Below, one piece after another: positions 46,786 to 58,915 of a stretch of DNA of 64,000 nucleotides. Origin of the DNA: Oikopleura dioica (Eukaryota > Animalia > Chordata); contig OU015570.1 of assembly GCA_907165135.1 (NCBI GenBank), forward strand, positions 248,001-312,000, read 5' to 3'. The position numbers were made by a program, and so were the translations under genes. Position 1 is the first letter of the stretch, and every line of letters begins with the position of its first letter. Under the pieces are notes generated by a model. That model did not search any database. It was not told the origin of the DNA and worked only from the letters and a program-made list of their open reading frames with translations.

Positions 46786-49033
46786 GGCTAGGGTGGTCAA
46801 TTAGGCCCAAAGCAAGGCTCATAAACTCTGGACTTGTGAATGCCAGAGTACCCCATAAATTACTCGGGTATCATCTTTCACCATGCCGAGTTTCAACAAG
46901 ATAGGATTCATAGGGAAAAAGTTGATTTTTTGTAAATTCACCCTACCCATAATAGCTTTTAAGGATATACCCGATAAAATTGAACTTTTATATCGCCGAA
47001 ATGCTACGTAGGATCATTTATACAGTTTTTATGGAATTTGTGGACATCAAATTTGTGTACATTTTTAGGGAAAGCCCTTGTAATGTAGCGAATGTCCCCA
47101 ATGTCCCGAATGTCCCCGATTTTTTACTTTTTTGGTCTTTTGAAAAAAATTTATCACATGGAAAAACAGAAATTTTTCAAAACAATTTTGTTCTAGAGAC
47201 GAGTTTTTGCCAAATTCTATGAGTTTTCTACCACAAATTGCGCGGAGCGCTACCTTATTTTTGACTTTTTGTCAAAACAATGGCGTTCTAGAGAGAAAAA
47301 GCTGTTGTTGAGTTCTTGTTTTCCAGTGTTTTTGTAAGAATTGACGGGGACATTCGGAACATTCGGGACATTCGGGACATTCGGGGACATTCGGGACATT
47401 CGGGGACATTCGGGGACATTCGCTACATAGTCAGTGTCTACCTTTTTTAGATTTTAAGGGGTTTTCTTGGGACACATGAAAAAGAGAGGGTATCAAATGT
47501 GTGGACATTTTTATCAATAAAAATCTTGCAAAGAGCTGTTTTTCGTCAGAAATATTAATTTTTTAAAGATTTACGTCTCAAGCTTCCTTCTTGTGTTCTT
47601 TTTCTTATTATTTTTTGAAAAAATCATCAATTTTTCCTTCTCAAAAAATAATTTAAGCAAGATTGTTAGGGAATTTTTTCGGGGCTCTGTATCAAATTTG
47701 TGGACATTTTTCAGAAAACTAGGGGACAAAAAATGTCCACAAATTCCATAAATAACTGTATTTCAAAAGCAATTCTACGTTAACATGTACGTTGAACTCA
47801 AATCTGGTACTTCTTTACATTTTCTTATTTGAATTTTTCTCTTTAGAGCGATTTCAAATCTTACTCTCTCGATTACTCGAAATTTTTGTATAAATCGGGC
47901 GAGATTTTTAGATGGATGAGTTCTTTGGACCCTTATCTACAATTTTGATGGTTTACTTTTCGTTAATTCCGAAGGAGACCGATTCTAGAGCCATTTCACT
48001 GAGGGCTACTCAACGCGTAAAAGCTCTACAAAGCGGCGCGCTGGGAGCTCACTCACTCGACTCCTCTTTTCCGAGAGAAAGTCCGTGGTTGAGCGCACCG
48101 CCCTGATTGGTAGTACGCGGAAAAACGCGCAGAGAAGAAAAACAAAGGTATGAAAGAAGAGAACACTAGAATGAAAATTCGATCGAGTTTAAGAATTTGA
48201 TCCCATCACTTTTGTGGCTTAGCATCATTGCAATACAGAATACGGTTCAATTTTAGCGATTAAGTGGAAAAATTTCGAGAAATCGAGAGAGTTCGTTTTC
48301 AAATCGCTCTAGAGAGGAAAATTCTAACGAAAATTTCTAAAAAGTACAAGAATTTAATTAAACGCACAATTTTAAGTAAGATTGCTTTTGAAATAAAAAT
48401 GATCCGTATTTAGGCGCTATGAAAGTTCAATTTTATCGGGTATATCCTTAATAAAGATCTTTCTTAGATCTTCTGAATTACAGAAGCTAATTCCGTAATC
48501 CCAAGGAAAAAGCCACTTCCGGCGGCTTCAAATTTGGCATCGCGGCTAAAATCGCGAAAATAGCCCATCTTCAGGGGTCCAAAACTCCAAAGTTTACACA
48601 ATGGTCCTATCAACTCTAACTCTTTTTAGGTTTCCTAGACCGTAATCTCAAAATTTACAGAATTTTTTTATTTGATAACTTTTTCTTAAAAATTTTTTCA
48701 ATAAACCAAGGTACCTATATTTGACTATTCATTCCTATAAATTGCCCTTCGGGCAAAGCCCAGACGCCCTCAGCCCTACCCTTAATGAATGTGCTGAATG
48801 TAAGCTTTCTAAAAATGAATCATGTGAAGCTATTGTTAAGGGTAAAAATTTCATAATATTGGGTTCACTTTCAAAATATACTTATTTTCTGCACTTTTAG
48901 TCGCAATTTCCCGGAGATCGAGTTGAGATAGCGAAAAAGTGAATGCGGAGTTTTTTGCTCAAAATTTCCTGAGGAATCCAAAAATGCGGGTCAAAAAGAA
49001 TCTCAGACTTGCTCAAAATCGACCACCCTAGCC
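46786..49033. mobile_element. Kolobok-type (TTAA, GG..CC) non-autonomous element with nested MITEs
   Basis: TTAA-GGCTAGGGTGGTC...GACCACCCTAGCC-TTAA. Confidence 0.75.
47069..47442. mobile_element. MITE with ATGTCCC(C)GA repeats nested in Tc1-type MITE copy C
   Basis: Absent from the paralog at 57889; flanks ATTTTTAG / TTTTTTAG; inner TIR ATGTAGCGAATGTCCCC. Confidence 0.8.
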
Positions 49034-49139
49034 TTAAGTTAGGGTTTCACTGTAAAGTTTACAGTGTAAACATCTCGCAAAATTCATTCAATAAAATACC
49101 GGACACCTTAGAAAAATATACAATAACATCCATATTAAG

Positions 49140-49287
49140 ACAAGGAACCTACCAAGCTTAGAAAAGGTATCCATTGGTGTCACAACAGGATCTGTGTACG
49201 TTGGTGTCGTTGGACACGAGAAGTGGCGTCATGAATATTCTTTTCTCGGACCTAAGGTTAACATGGCGGCAAGAATAATGATGGCAG
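49140..49287 (+). CDS. ADCY10: Soluble adenylyl cyclase-like exon (C2 catalytic N/R motif)
   Basis: VSIGVTTGSVYVGVVGHEKWRHEYSFLGPKVNMAARIMM is a class III cyclase signature closest to recalled sAC VSIGVASG...RHEYTVIGQKVNLAARMM. Boundaries approximate. Confidence 0.88.
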
Positions 49288-50781
49288 GATATTCAGTAAA
49301 GGATTAAATATAATGTTGTAATACATATTATTAAACAAATGTCTAGGGCCCTACGGTAAGACTCTAACCCGACCAAAAATAACCTACATGGTCGAAAATG
49401 ATTGGGAAAATATGGGCACCGAGCCACCGACCCATCTGTTTAAATTTGGGCAAAATCTAAAGGTCGACTCTGTCCTTGTTCGTGTACCCTGACAAAATCC
49501 CGTTATTCGAAGTTTCCTTCAATTCAAGAAGTTTCCTTCAATTCAAGCGCAAAGCGCACACTCATTCAATGGTTTTGATTTTGAATTTTTGTAACGCCGT
49601 TACAATTTCGACTACTTGTAACGTAGCAAGGCAGAGCGACTTTGACAATCGCTAGGCAAGGCAAGACAAGGTATATATGACTTAGGCAGAAAAAGGCATA
49701 AAATTGAGAAAACTAAATTGCGGGAAAATAATAATATAGGCTCCTCGCTTAAAAATTCGGGTCGAAAAAACCTCCGATATTGCCGGTTTTCACCTTCTAT
49801 TCTTAGAGTGAACTCCGGGGAACATTTTTGTCAATTACGACTTTATCGTAGCTCCTCCCCAAAAAGGTTGAAAATGCCATCAAAATGCCGAAAATGGCCA
49901 ATTTCAGAAATCAAGTGATTTTGCCACCTACGAGATTCATTTTTAAAAATTGTTTTGTATGATTCGAAAGTGCATAAAATTCTCTTTCGAATAAAAGGGG
50001 TCTTGTTTTTGCAAAATGATATCTAAACCATTTTTTGAGGGTTGAGCATACTGAAAAACAGTGTTTTTCACATTGAATAAATCGAATTAAAAGATTGCCA
50101 GATAATCAAGCAACTGTGTTTCTCAACGTTCCCTTTCCAAGCTTTAACTCATTTTACCGCGGTTAATTACAGCTCTTATATAGAAATGTGCCAAGACTAA
50201 GGGTCTTACTTTAGTACCGTGGTTTTCCATCTTAAGAGCGTTTTTCGGATGACAAGCCTCGCTCAAATCGCTTATAAGTTGGAAAATTTTCAATGAAGGT
50301 AGGATGTCAGTGGGATTTTCCATTTTTTCATTGAAAAAATTGTTTTTCGAGATCAGATCATTGTTCCAGAATTGGGCTCGAGCGCATTTCGTGATTCTGA
50401 GTTCATTCGGTAGTAAGGAAAAATGTTTCGGTAAAACTACCGAAATATGGTGAGCTTATTTTTTGATTAATATTTCGGTAACAGCCGAAACTTTCTTTCA
50501 TTTTTACCCCCTTTTTGAGCAAAAATGTTTCGGCAGGCTACCGAAATCTTTCTCACTTTTTAGTCGGTATCAAGCAAAAACATTTCGGCAAAAAAGCGTT
50601 GACGATCATATAATCTCATCGATGCTTTTGGAAGAAAATTATCATTATGATATTATCTAATTGCCCCTACCTCGGGGCTTCGCCCCTTCGGGCCTAAGAT
50701 GCCGGGGTCTAGTCTACGGTTTCTTAGGGTTACCTTCAGTAACCCTTACTTACCCTAGCCTATCCCCCTCGGGTAAGTTTG

Positions 50782-51330
50782 GGGTGCGCGTCGATCGCTA
50801 CGGTTTCGGGGTTTTGCGTCGATCCCTACGATGCGTCGATCGCTACGGTTGCGTCGATCCCTACGGTTAAAAATGACTCATGCCTAGGAAGGAAAGATAG
50901 GGTCTGCAACTTGTCTGCACGTGAACAAAAAATACTTCTCAAAGACATCTTTATGTGAATAGTTAATTGAATTTTCTTGTAACTCTAACGGTTTTTCGTC
51001 GAAGGGTTGGTATGCTCTTTATAATTTCGGGAAATATTTTGCTAAAATTTGTCATTTTTCTGGCAAAAACCCTAAAAAGGCAAAAATAAATTAAGCAAAA
51101 ATCAATTCTTTAAAATCACTTCTCATCAAAGAGCCAATAAAGTATAAACAGACGATCACTCAACAAAGAAAAGCTGTAACCCATTAGATATTTAATGATA
51201 AGTTGCAGACCCTATCTTTCCTTCCTAGGCATGAGTCATTTTTAACCGTAGGGATCGACGCAACCGTAGCGATCGACGCATCGTAGGGATCGACGCAAAA
51301 CCCCGAAACCGTAGCGATCGACGCGCACCC
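50782..51330. mobile_element. MULE-type MITE, ~130-bp TIRs
   Basis: Perfect 9-bp TSD GTAAGTTTG; TIR GGGTGCGCGTCGATCGCTACGG; splits a dispersed repeat that is intact at about 43245-43395. Confidence 0.92.
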
Positions 51331-52655
51331 GTAAGTTTGTTCCGTCATTTTTGCTGGTGCACCCTAACCCAAACCTTTATTTTAACAAATACTACGATTT
51401 TAATTTATAACTATCGGGTTCCACCATTTTTCCTAAATAAAGCCCGAAAAATGATCTTCTTCTACAGTGGGTTGCGCAGGTACTGCACCCCCAAAGAGCG
51501 GGTAGAGGGTGCAGCAGTCACGCAATCACTTTGAGCAAGTCTAGAAAGAAACAATAGAAAAAGTGCGGGCGAAGGGTGCAGCAACGCCGCAATCACAAAG
51601 GGTGCATTACCTGCGCAACCCACTCTCATATGAGAACATAAAATTACTCGAGATTTTTGAGGTGAAAACTCATCAGAAGCCAAACTCATTCAATGCACAT
51701 ACTAGGGCTCATCAGGATGAGAATGGCGAAACCTGCCGAAACATTATTGCTCAAAAGACATTAAATTCTGATTTTTGTTTCGGCTCGTACCGAAATATTT
51801 TTCCTAAAAACGTGTCTTATTTGTAAGATTCTTTCGGCTGCCTGCCGAAATATTTATTACATTTGACCCCTTGAAAGTGATTTATATTTCGGTCGCTTTT
51901 ACCGAAACATTTTTCTATACTACGGTTCATTCATTCCTCAAAATTTAATTCCACTGCAAAGATGGCAGGAAACGGGAAAAAAATTCACATTTCCTTGGCA
52001 GAGAAGAAAAAATATGGGCAGATTCTAGTGAAGGCGCCAAAACGAAAAGATGGTAGGAAGACTGTGATGGAGCTTTATCGAAAGAAGAATGATGGAGGAA
52101 GATCTGATCGAGCATTTCCTGGCGCTTCAAATTGATGAAACACAAGCCGCGACCCCGAGGGAGATTGAAGAAGAGCCTCAAGTTCAAGTGACAGAGAGCA
52201 CCGACACTGCAAACCTTTGACTTCGAAATGTCCAGAAAAGCAGTCAAAGATTACAGATATTTTTAATAAATGATTCACTGTGAGTCTAAAAATTTTTTGA
52301 CTTTGAATAAAAATCTTGAAAACGGTCTTAAGTTGGAATTTTGCAGATGACATCATTTTCACAATATACGCAAAAACGCTCTTAAGTCGGGCGCTCTTAA
52401 GATGGAAAACCACGGTATTCGAGCAAAAGTCTAGAAAATCGTGCGTTTTCGGGAAACACTGACGCCGGCCGCCCCCGGCCGCCCTGACTGACGCTGGCCG
52501 GTCCATCTTTTAAAAATTTTTTAATTAATTTTATCAATGTTAAATGAATTTTTATTGTATAAAAACATATTTTTAGGGTTATCTTACCAAAGTTTGACCA
52601 TTACCTCCTCGCTTAAAAATCGCACGATTTTTTATAGCCCGATTTTCAGGGTTTT

Positions 52656-52823
52656 TGAGGAGCGATCTTGTCAGTCGCTCGCTCGGAATATCTCGCCCAA
52701 AAGGCCGATTGTGATCACTGTGAAGTAGTGTAGTGGTAACACATCCCAACCGCGGGGCGGAAATCTCTGGTTCGATCCCAGACTTCATCTAATCCTTTTT
52801 CGCCCATAGTCTCAAACCTTACA
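52656..52823 (+). mobile_element. Solo-LTR-like insert (TG..CA, 168 bp) containing a tRNA-like cloverleaf
   Basis: Absent from the paralog near 43000 (GATTTTCAGGGTTT|CAATACCTG); GTTT duplicated on both sides. Confidence 0.65.
52719..52790 (+). tRNA. tRNA-like cloverleaf (Val-like D arm), anticodon arm broken
   Basis: TAGTGTAGTGGTAACAC D arm; TCTGG-TTCGATC-CCAGA T arm; 6/7 acceptor pairs; TTTTT at 52796-52800. Confidence 0.7.
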
Positions 52824-53789
52824 GTTTCAATACCTGGAATACATTAAGGATGTTCCAAGGAACAAAAAATGTATTACAGCAGAATCATCAAGTCACGTGA
52901 TCGTGCTCAAATTTGCCCTGAAAGTGCTGAAAATGGGCCATTTTCAGTTTTCACGTGATTTGGCCACCTACGAGGCTCACTATTATTAAAAATTATATAT
53001 TTATAGAAAGACGGCAAAATTCTCTTTCGATTGATAAGGGTTTCATTCTTGCAAAATAATATCTCAACCCTTTTTCGAGGGTTGAAGTCATTGAAAAGTG
53101 GTATTTTTCGACTTTTTCTAATAATTCTTCTTAATTATTTTTAAAACTTTAAAAACCATAATAAAGCCTAAAACTATGATAATTTCGATTTTTTAAAAAA
53201 TAGGTGTGGGTGGGGTTGGGGAAAAAGCTGAGATTAATCGACTCAGAGTGCCTACGCCTTTGTCAAGCTCCTTAAAAATCAAGGAACGGGGCTGAGACGG
53301 CCCGAAGGCATCAAACCAGCTAGTAAATGGCGGTGTACCGCGGTAAAATGAGTTTCAGCTTGGAAAGAGATCGTTGAGAAACACAGTTGCTTAATTATCT
53401 GGCAATCTTTAAATTTTATTTATTAAATTTGAAAAACACTGGTTTTCAGTATGCTCAACCCTCAAAAAAGGGATGAGATATCATTTTGCAAAAACAAGAC
53501 CTTTTTATTCGTAAGAGAATTTTATGCACTTTCAAATCATACAAAAAAATTTCTAAAAATGAATCTCGTAGGTGGCGAAATCACGTGATTTATGAAATTG
53601 GCCATTTTTCGCCATTTTGAGGGCATTTTCAACCCTTTTGGGGAGGAGCTACGATAGAGTCTAATTGACAAAAATATTCCCCGAAGTTCACTCTATAAGA
53701 ATAGAAGGTGAAAACCGGCAATATCGGAGGTTTTTTAATCGGAGGAATTTTTAAGCAAGGAGCCTATGAGACATAATATTTGGGCATTT

Positions 53790-55241
53790 CGCATAGAGTT
53801 TATAGAAGATGTTGGGTTTATTAGATTATAAAAATTTCCATTCTGGCGAAATATGGTGGCAAAAACAGGATTGTTCCAAAAAGTGACTCTAAATTAGAAT
53901 TTGTGGAATCCGGCTTTTGTTAAAAACGACACTAAATCGGGTACCTGAGGTATATATTGCTGAAAATTACCATCTGCTTCGCTGAAAATGTCATCAACTC
54001 AGAAAATGGAATTGTTGCCGTTCAAAATAAGAAAGAAACTACATTCTTAATCTCATCAGAAATATCAATTAATGAGACATTTACATTTACTCCGACGAGT
54101 TTGAAGTAACCAACCTGGGAAAAATGCACGAAAAGTAACGTTAACATCAAAGAAATGACTCGCGAATTGGCTTATTACCTTATTCATGAATGGATTTCTA
54201 CTTCAAGAACTTCAGAATTTCGTGAGGATAAAGTTACAATCGCCAACAAAAGGATTAATATTCCACACCATCAAAAACAGGTCGAAATCTTGTCATCTTC
54301 GATCATCTTTCCTGATGGACAATCAATAAGGAATGAATTGCTGGAAATTCGTTTTCAAGAATGTAACGAACAACTCAATAAACATGAATTGATGTTCCAT
54401 GGTGAAGCCAGATTCAACTCAATCCTCATTCTCGCGGATAATTTTGATGAAGAAAATGTTCGTTTTCACGACAATGTTAAACTGAAGAAGCTCAATACTT
54501 ATCAGCAAAACAACTTGAAAATAGTTTATTTCGAACTTGAGGAATATTCTGAAACCGCTGTTGTGTCGATAAGCTTTGGTTGAAAATCGATTGAAATCAA
54601 GCCTTCAAAATTTGCCAAAGAGTCTTGCATCAAATTTATAATTAGATGAAAGAAGGAAACGAATACCAAATTTTGGAAACTCAATATTTCCAAGCCTAGG
54701 AGCTTCGCGCTCACTTGCGACAATACAGAAAATCTTGACAAACACTTACCACGACGATCAGACGAGATGGCAACCATTACCGCAAAATTTAACTCTACAT
54801 GACTTCTTCGACAAAATCATGTCTGAAAATAATGTTCGACTTAAGAAATTATTTCCTGAAGGTTCATGTTCTTCAGAAGAAACTGCTATTGAGTTGCAAG
54901 CAAATTCAGAATTCAAAATCAAAAAATGTAGAAATTCTACGCAAAATTGCATTTTGCGGACTGCAAATATACTGAGATTTTGTTGAATTTTCGCGCAAAA
55001 TGCGCTTTGCGCGCAATTTTGCGGAAATTTTTGGGGCTGATTTTGCGCTGTTTTGCGCTGCAGAATGAAAAATCCTGCATTTTGCGCTGTTTTGCGGATT
55101 TTGCGCTGCGAATGTACATCCCTGCAAGCAATGGTTCAGCTTAAAATTCCACTTTATACAATCGGCATTAAAATCGACGTATCACAGGAAACTGCAAATG
55201 GCTTTCTAGTCACCATGGAGTGTTTCGATTTGACCATGTGA
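53790..55241 (+). pseudogene. Two decayed ORFs of unknown function upstream of env-like gene
   Basis: Frame of 54155..54583 extends upstream past a stop (ICFAENVINSENG...); a second frame at about 54640-55241 is split by a MITE at about 54930-55130. Confidence 0.35.
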
Positions 55242-55818
55242 TGTCATTATATAGACTAAGAGTTTATCAAATTCGAATAAATAAAGACCTATTGGACACC
55301 TACAAAATTAATGAGCCTACACAACCTCGACAGCCACCTTATACAGTCGACTGCGGGAATTACGAGCCTTTTTAACAGGAATAACGCGAAATACTCGTAA
55401 TTCCGGCAGTCCCGAAAATTTGCCCATTTTCTCTCGATTTGCCATGTGATAAGAAAAAGATTGTCGACCTTCGTACAAGAGTTCGGCCAATAAAACGGTC
55501 TCTAGAAGGCGGTTGAGGCGATGTGTCATATATGGGCCATATAATATGGCACATTGTGGTTCGGGTTCGGGATAAGGCTCAGGTTCGATTTATAAAATAG
55601 CCTCTAGAGGGCAGTAAAGTCGATGTGCCTTTACATTATGGTAGGCATTAACAGTGTGGTAAATGCACAATGTGGTAGGGGGTGAAATTCCGGTTTGTGG
55701 TCGTTAGGTTAAACAGCCAAAGATTAAATTTTAATCATTAAAAAAGTCCAGTCAATCATTTTTTAACCAAAAAATAAAAAAGTAGTCGAGTCGCCCTTGT
55801 TATCAAAATTTTCGGATT

Positions 55819-57397
55819 TTGGTCAAAATACTCGTAATTCTTGCACTCGTTATTCTCGCAGTCAACTGTATCGTGAAATGTCGTACCAATATTTACGATT
55901 ATATCGATGTTAATTCCAAAGGACCTGATGAATTCTTCAGCAAGGATCCAAATGAATCCTACTTCTTATTATGGGACATAAAATTAGACATAGAAAATTG
56001 CGAAACATTCAACAAATTTTTATCAGAAAATGGATCAACCAGCTTTAAAACTTCTTTCTGGGAAAAACCAAAACATCGATCTGCAAGGCAAGCTGGTGAA
56101 CTGATTTTACCCGTTATTGCTGGACTTTCTGGTGCATTTATTTCTCATGAGATTGAAAAAGAAACTCAAAAATCAAAAATGGATTCTCTGATGCAAAAAA
56201 TCGACTACTCTAAACTTGCGACTTCAAGACTGACAAACATTGTGAACGATGAACTTGCCGAAATTGAGATAAACTTCTCGAAATTCGAGAAACAACTCAA
56301 TTTGAAAACGAAAAATCTGTGCTCGAAAATATCTGATCTTTCGACAACAATTCTTCTGGAACTGACCAAAGAAGCTAATGAAAATTATGAAGCAGATACT
56401 CTCCTTTTCATATCGGAAGGAAATCACAATCTTGAAAGTTCGCTTTTCGGAAAATCTTAACTGAAAATTTGTTCTCAAATCAATGGTCGAAATTCAAGTG
56501 GTTGTTTGGATAACTTATGTCTGTCAAAATAAAAGCTAGTAAGCATTGTCCCAAAAGACACCGACTGCGCTACTGCAGTTGGCATAACATCGAAAATAAT
56601 TTTCTTCTTCAAAATTATTTTCTATTGCTGCACCAATTGAAAAAAGAAAATAACATCTTTTCTATAAAATCCATGAAGTACCTTGAAATTTTATCGTTAA
56701 AGGAAACATTGTCCATAACGTCGATTCCTGTCAGCATTTTTAAGATACAGGATTCCGATTTTGCCACCCTTCAAATCTATTTTCATCAAAAATGGGCAAA
56801 CAATGTACAACAGAAGCTCTTTGCAGCAAAAATGTGTCGTCCTGCGAATCAAGCATTATCTATACTCATCAACCATGTTTTATACAACAATTTGATGGGC
56901 TTATTGGTATAAGCACTTTTGTTCGCGCTGAAGTAAGTCCACTTGATCTTAATGGAAATTCAAATGGTATACATATCAAACCTGAAACGGTTTATTTTAT
57001 TCACCAATCAGAGGAGAGTAAGTCTGTAACTTGCTCAGATTACACAGTAATTCTGTATGGAAGTTCAAACTCTTATCAAATCAAGGTTTTCCGTTCATCT
57101 TAACAGTCAATGAAACTCGAATCAAAATTCATGACAGAATCGGATTTCGAGGAGGTATCAAACGATCTACAATTGACGAAATATTATCACTCTCAAGATT
57201 TCGACGAAATAAAAACACACTGGAAAAAATTGTTGCTCCGGAAAAATTACAACCTGGTTCTCGAAACTCAAGAATTTAGGTATATTACGATTTTTGATGT
57301 TTTTCTCTGGATTATTGCTGGAATTATTACAAATGTTGCTTGCACGAAGTGTCTGCGGAAGATTCGACAGAAACGAAAGAATACCGAAATTTCCTAG
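55819..57397 (+). pseudogene. env: Class I fusion (env/F-like) glycoprotein, decayed
   Basis: Hydrophobic signal peptide; KHRSAR furin-type site followed by QAGELILPVIAGLSGAFIS fusion peptide; heptad-like helix; Cys-rich middle; TM FLWIIAGIITNVA plus basic tail. One frameshift near 56600, several stops, TTG in place of ATG. Confidence 0.85.
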
Positions 57398-58828
57398 AAG
57401 TCTCTTACATAAATGTCTTATATTTACGCAAAAAGAAGATCCAAAAATGATTTATGACATTCAATCTCAACTTCATGCTTGGTTATAATTAGGGACTATC
57501 ACTTCTCGTTAGACGAGATTTTTGGGCGTCGGGGACTCGCAGTAGCAAAGCTTATTGGTACTGGGAGTACCAATTTCGGCTTTTCGAATGATATTTTAAT
57601 AAGATTTTTCAGTCGGAACAATAGTAGGCGGGTAAATACCGTGATTATCATTTCTGAGTGACTATTCTTGTCCGCCTACGCTCGTCATTTTAATATTTTC
57701 GCATGGGAAAAATGTTATAACGAAAAATTGTCAATGTTAATTGACGGAGCGAAGGCGGACATAGTAGTCATCTAGAAATGATAATCGCGTTAGAAGAGTA
57801 GCCTGTCCGAATCATTAAGTTTCTTACCACAGAACCTGCGGAGCGGGCGTTCCTGGATGATTAAAAGTTTGCTTTGCCAGAATTGGTACAGTTTTTATGG
57901 AATTTGTGGACATCAAATTTGTGGACATTTTTAGATTTTGAGGGGTTTTCTTGGGACACATGAAAAAGAGAGGGTATCAAATTTGTGGACATTTTTGTCA
58001 ATAAAAATCTTGCAAAGAGCTGTTTTTCGTCAGAAATATTAATTTTTTAAAGATTTACGTCTCAAGCTTCCTTCTTGTGTTCTTTTTCTTATTATTTTTT
58101 GAAAAAATCATCAATTTTTCCTTCTCAAAAAATAATTTAAGCAAGATTGTTAGGGAATTTTTTCGGGGCTCTGTATCAAATTTGTGGACATTTTTCAGAA
58201 AACTAGGGGACAAAAAATGTCCACAAATTCCATAAATAACTGTACTTGGAGTAACAAATTGGTACTGGCAGATAAACAACCAGAAGCTCCTCCCGGCTAT
58301 ACAGAATCAGAATCATCAGCAGCTTATACTCTTCAACAGCTGATCAATCATAACTTCCATTAAAAAGAAGGAAAGATGTTTATTAGTGTTACGATCTTGC
58401 GAGCGCTCTTCCTTGCAAAAACAGGCGCTGAGCCCATTTCTCACTCGTAGCTATTTTCAAACGATCTTCTATCTTACCGACGCGACAGAATCTTCCAACT
58501 GCACCAAATACACGAAGCTAAAAATATATAAGTCACTAAAAACGTTAAAAATCTCATCCGCACGAAGTAAAACAGAATATAAAGACTCTGCTCTTAGTTC
58601 AAAACACTCTTCTATTTTTCGTCTCGCGTCACAAATATACTCATACTATTACAAACAAACCCGTCTAGAGATTTTCTGCATTTATCGTGATCATAACTCT
58701 AACAGATTCTTCCGGCATCCTTCGTGTGCGTGTATTTTAGGTTTTTTCGGCGAATGAAATTGCCCGTTTAACGTGTTACTTTCTTTAGAATTGTCGAAAC
58801 AGACAAGATTCTTATTAATCTTATGAAG

Positions 58829-58915
58829 GTATGGTAAACTGCGATTCGTTAACAATGAAATGCTCAAATCTTTCTCGTGATTATTTTATCCCACAACCAT
58901 TTAAAGGACTGGTCG
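58829..58915 (+). CDS. ADCY10: Soluble adenylyl cyclase-like exon (after C2)
   Basis: GMVNCDSLTMKCSNLSRDYFIPQPFKGL resembles sAC GIVTCDSVTYNGSNLPAYFF...KGV; AG at 58827-58828. Confidence 0.65.

Noticed and set aside
39100-47425. CRISPR-like appearance of the TCGCCGAATG and GGGACATTC arrays
   Set aside because: 9-10-bp tandem units without spacers, inverted at MITE ends, in eukaryotic DNA with no cas genes.
33290-51375. TTAGGG/CCCTAA words as telomeric sequence
   Set aside because: Only 2-3 units, always inside one dispersed repeat family (about 18950, 30610, 33300, 43300, 50730/51360, 59290).
51945-52506. Minus-strand 100- and 143-aa ORFs as a gene
   Set aside because: No recognisable domain; they overlap dispersed repeats.
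52719-52790. This tRNA-like RNA as primer for the TGGTGACTGAAG PBS
   Set aside because: Its 3' end (CTTCATCT+CCA) needs an indel and a discriminator mismatch to pair.
49736-53767. One 4-kb transposon with 430-bp TIRs
   Set aside because: The arms are clearly diverged, parts recur at about 44240-44340, and no TSD was found; two independent opposite insertions are as likely.
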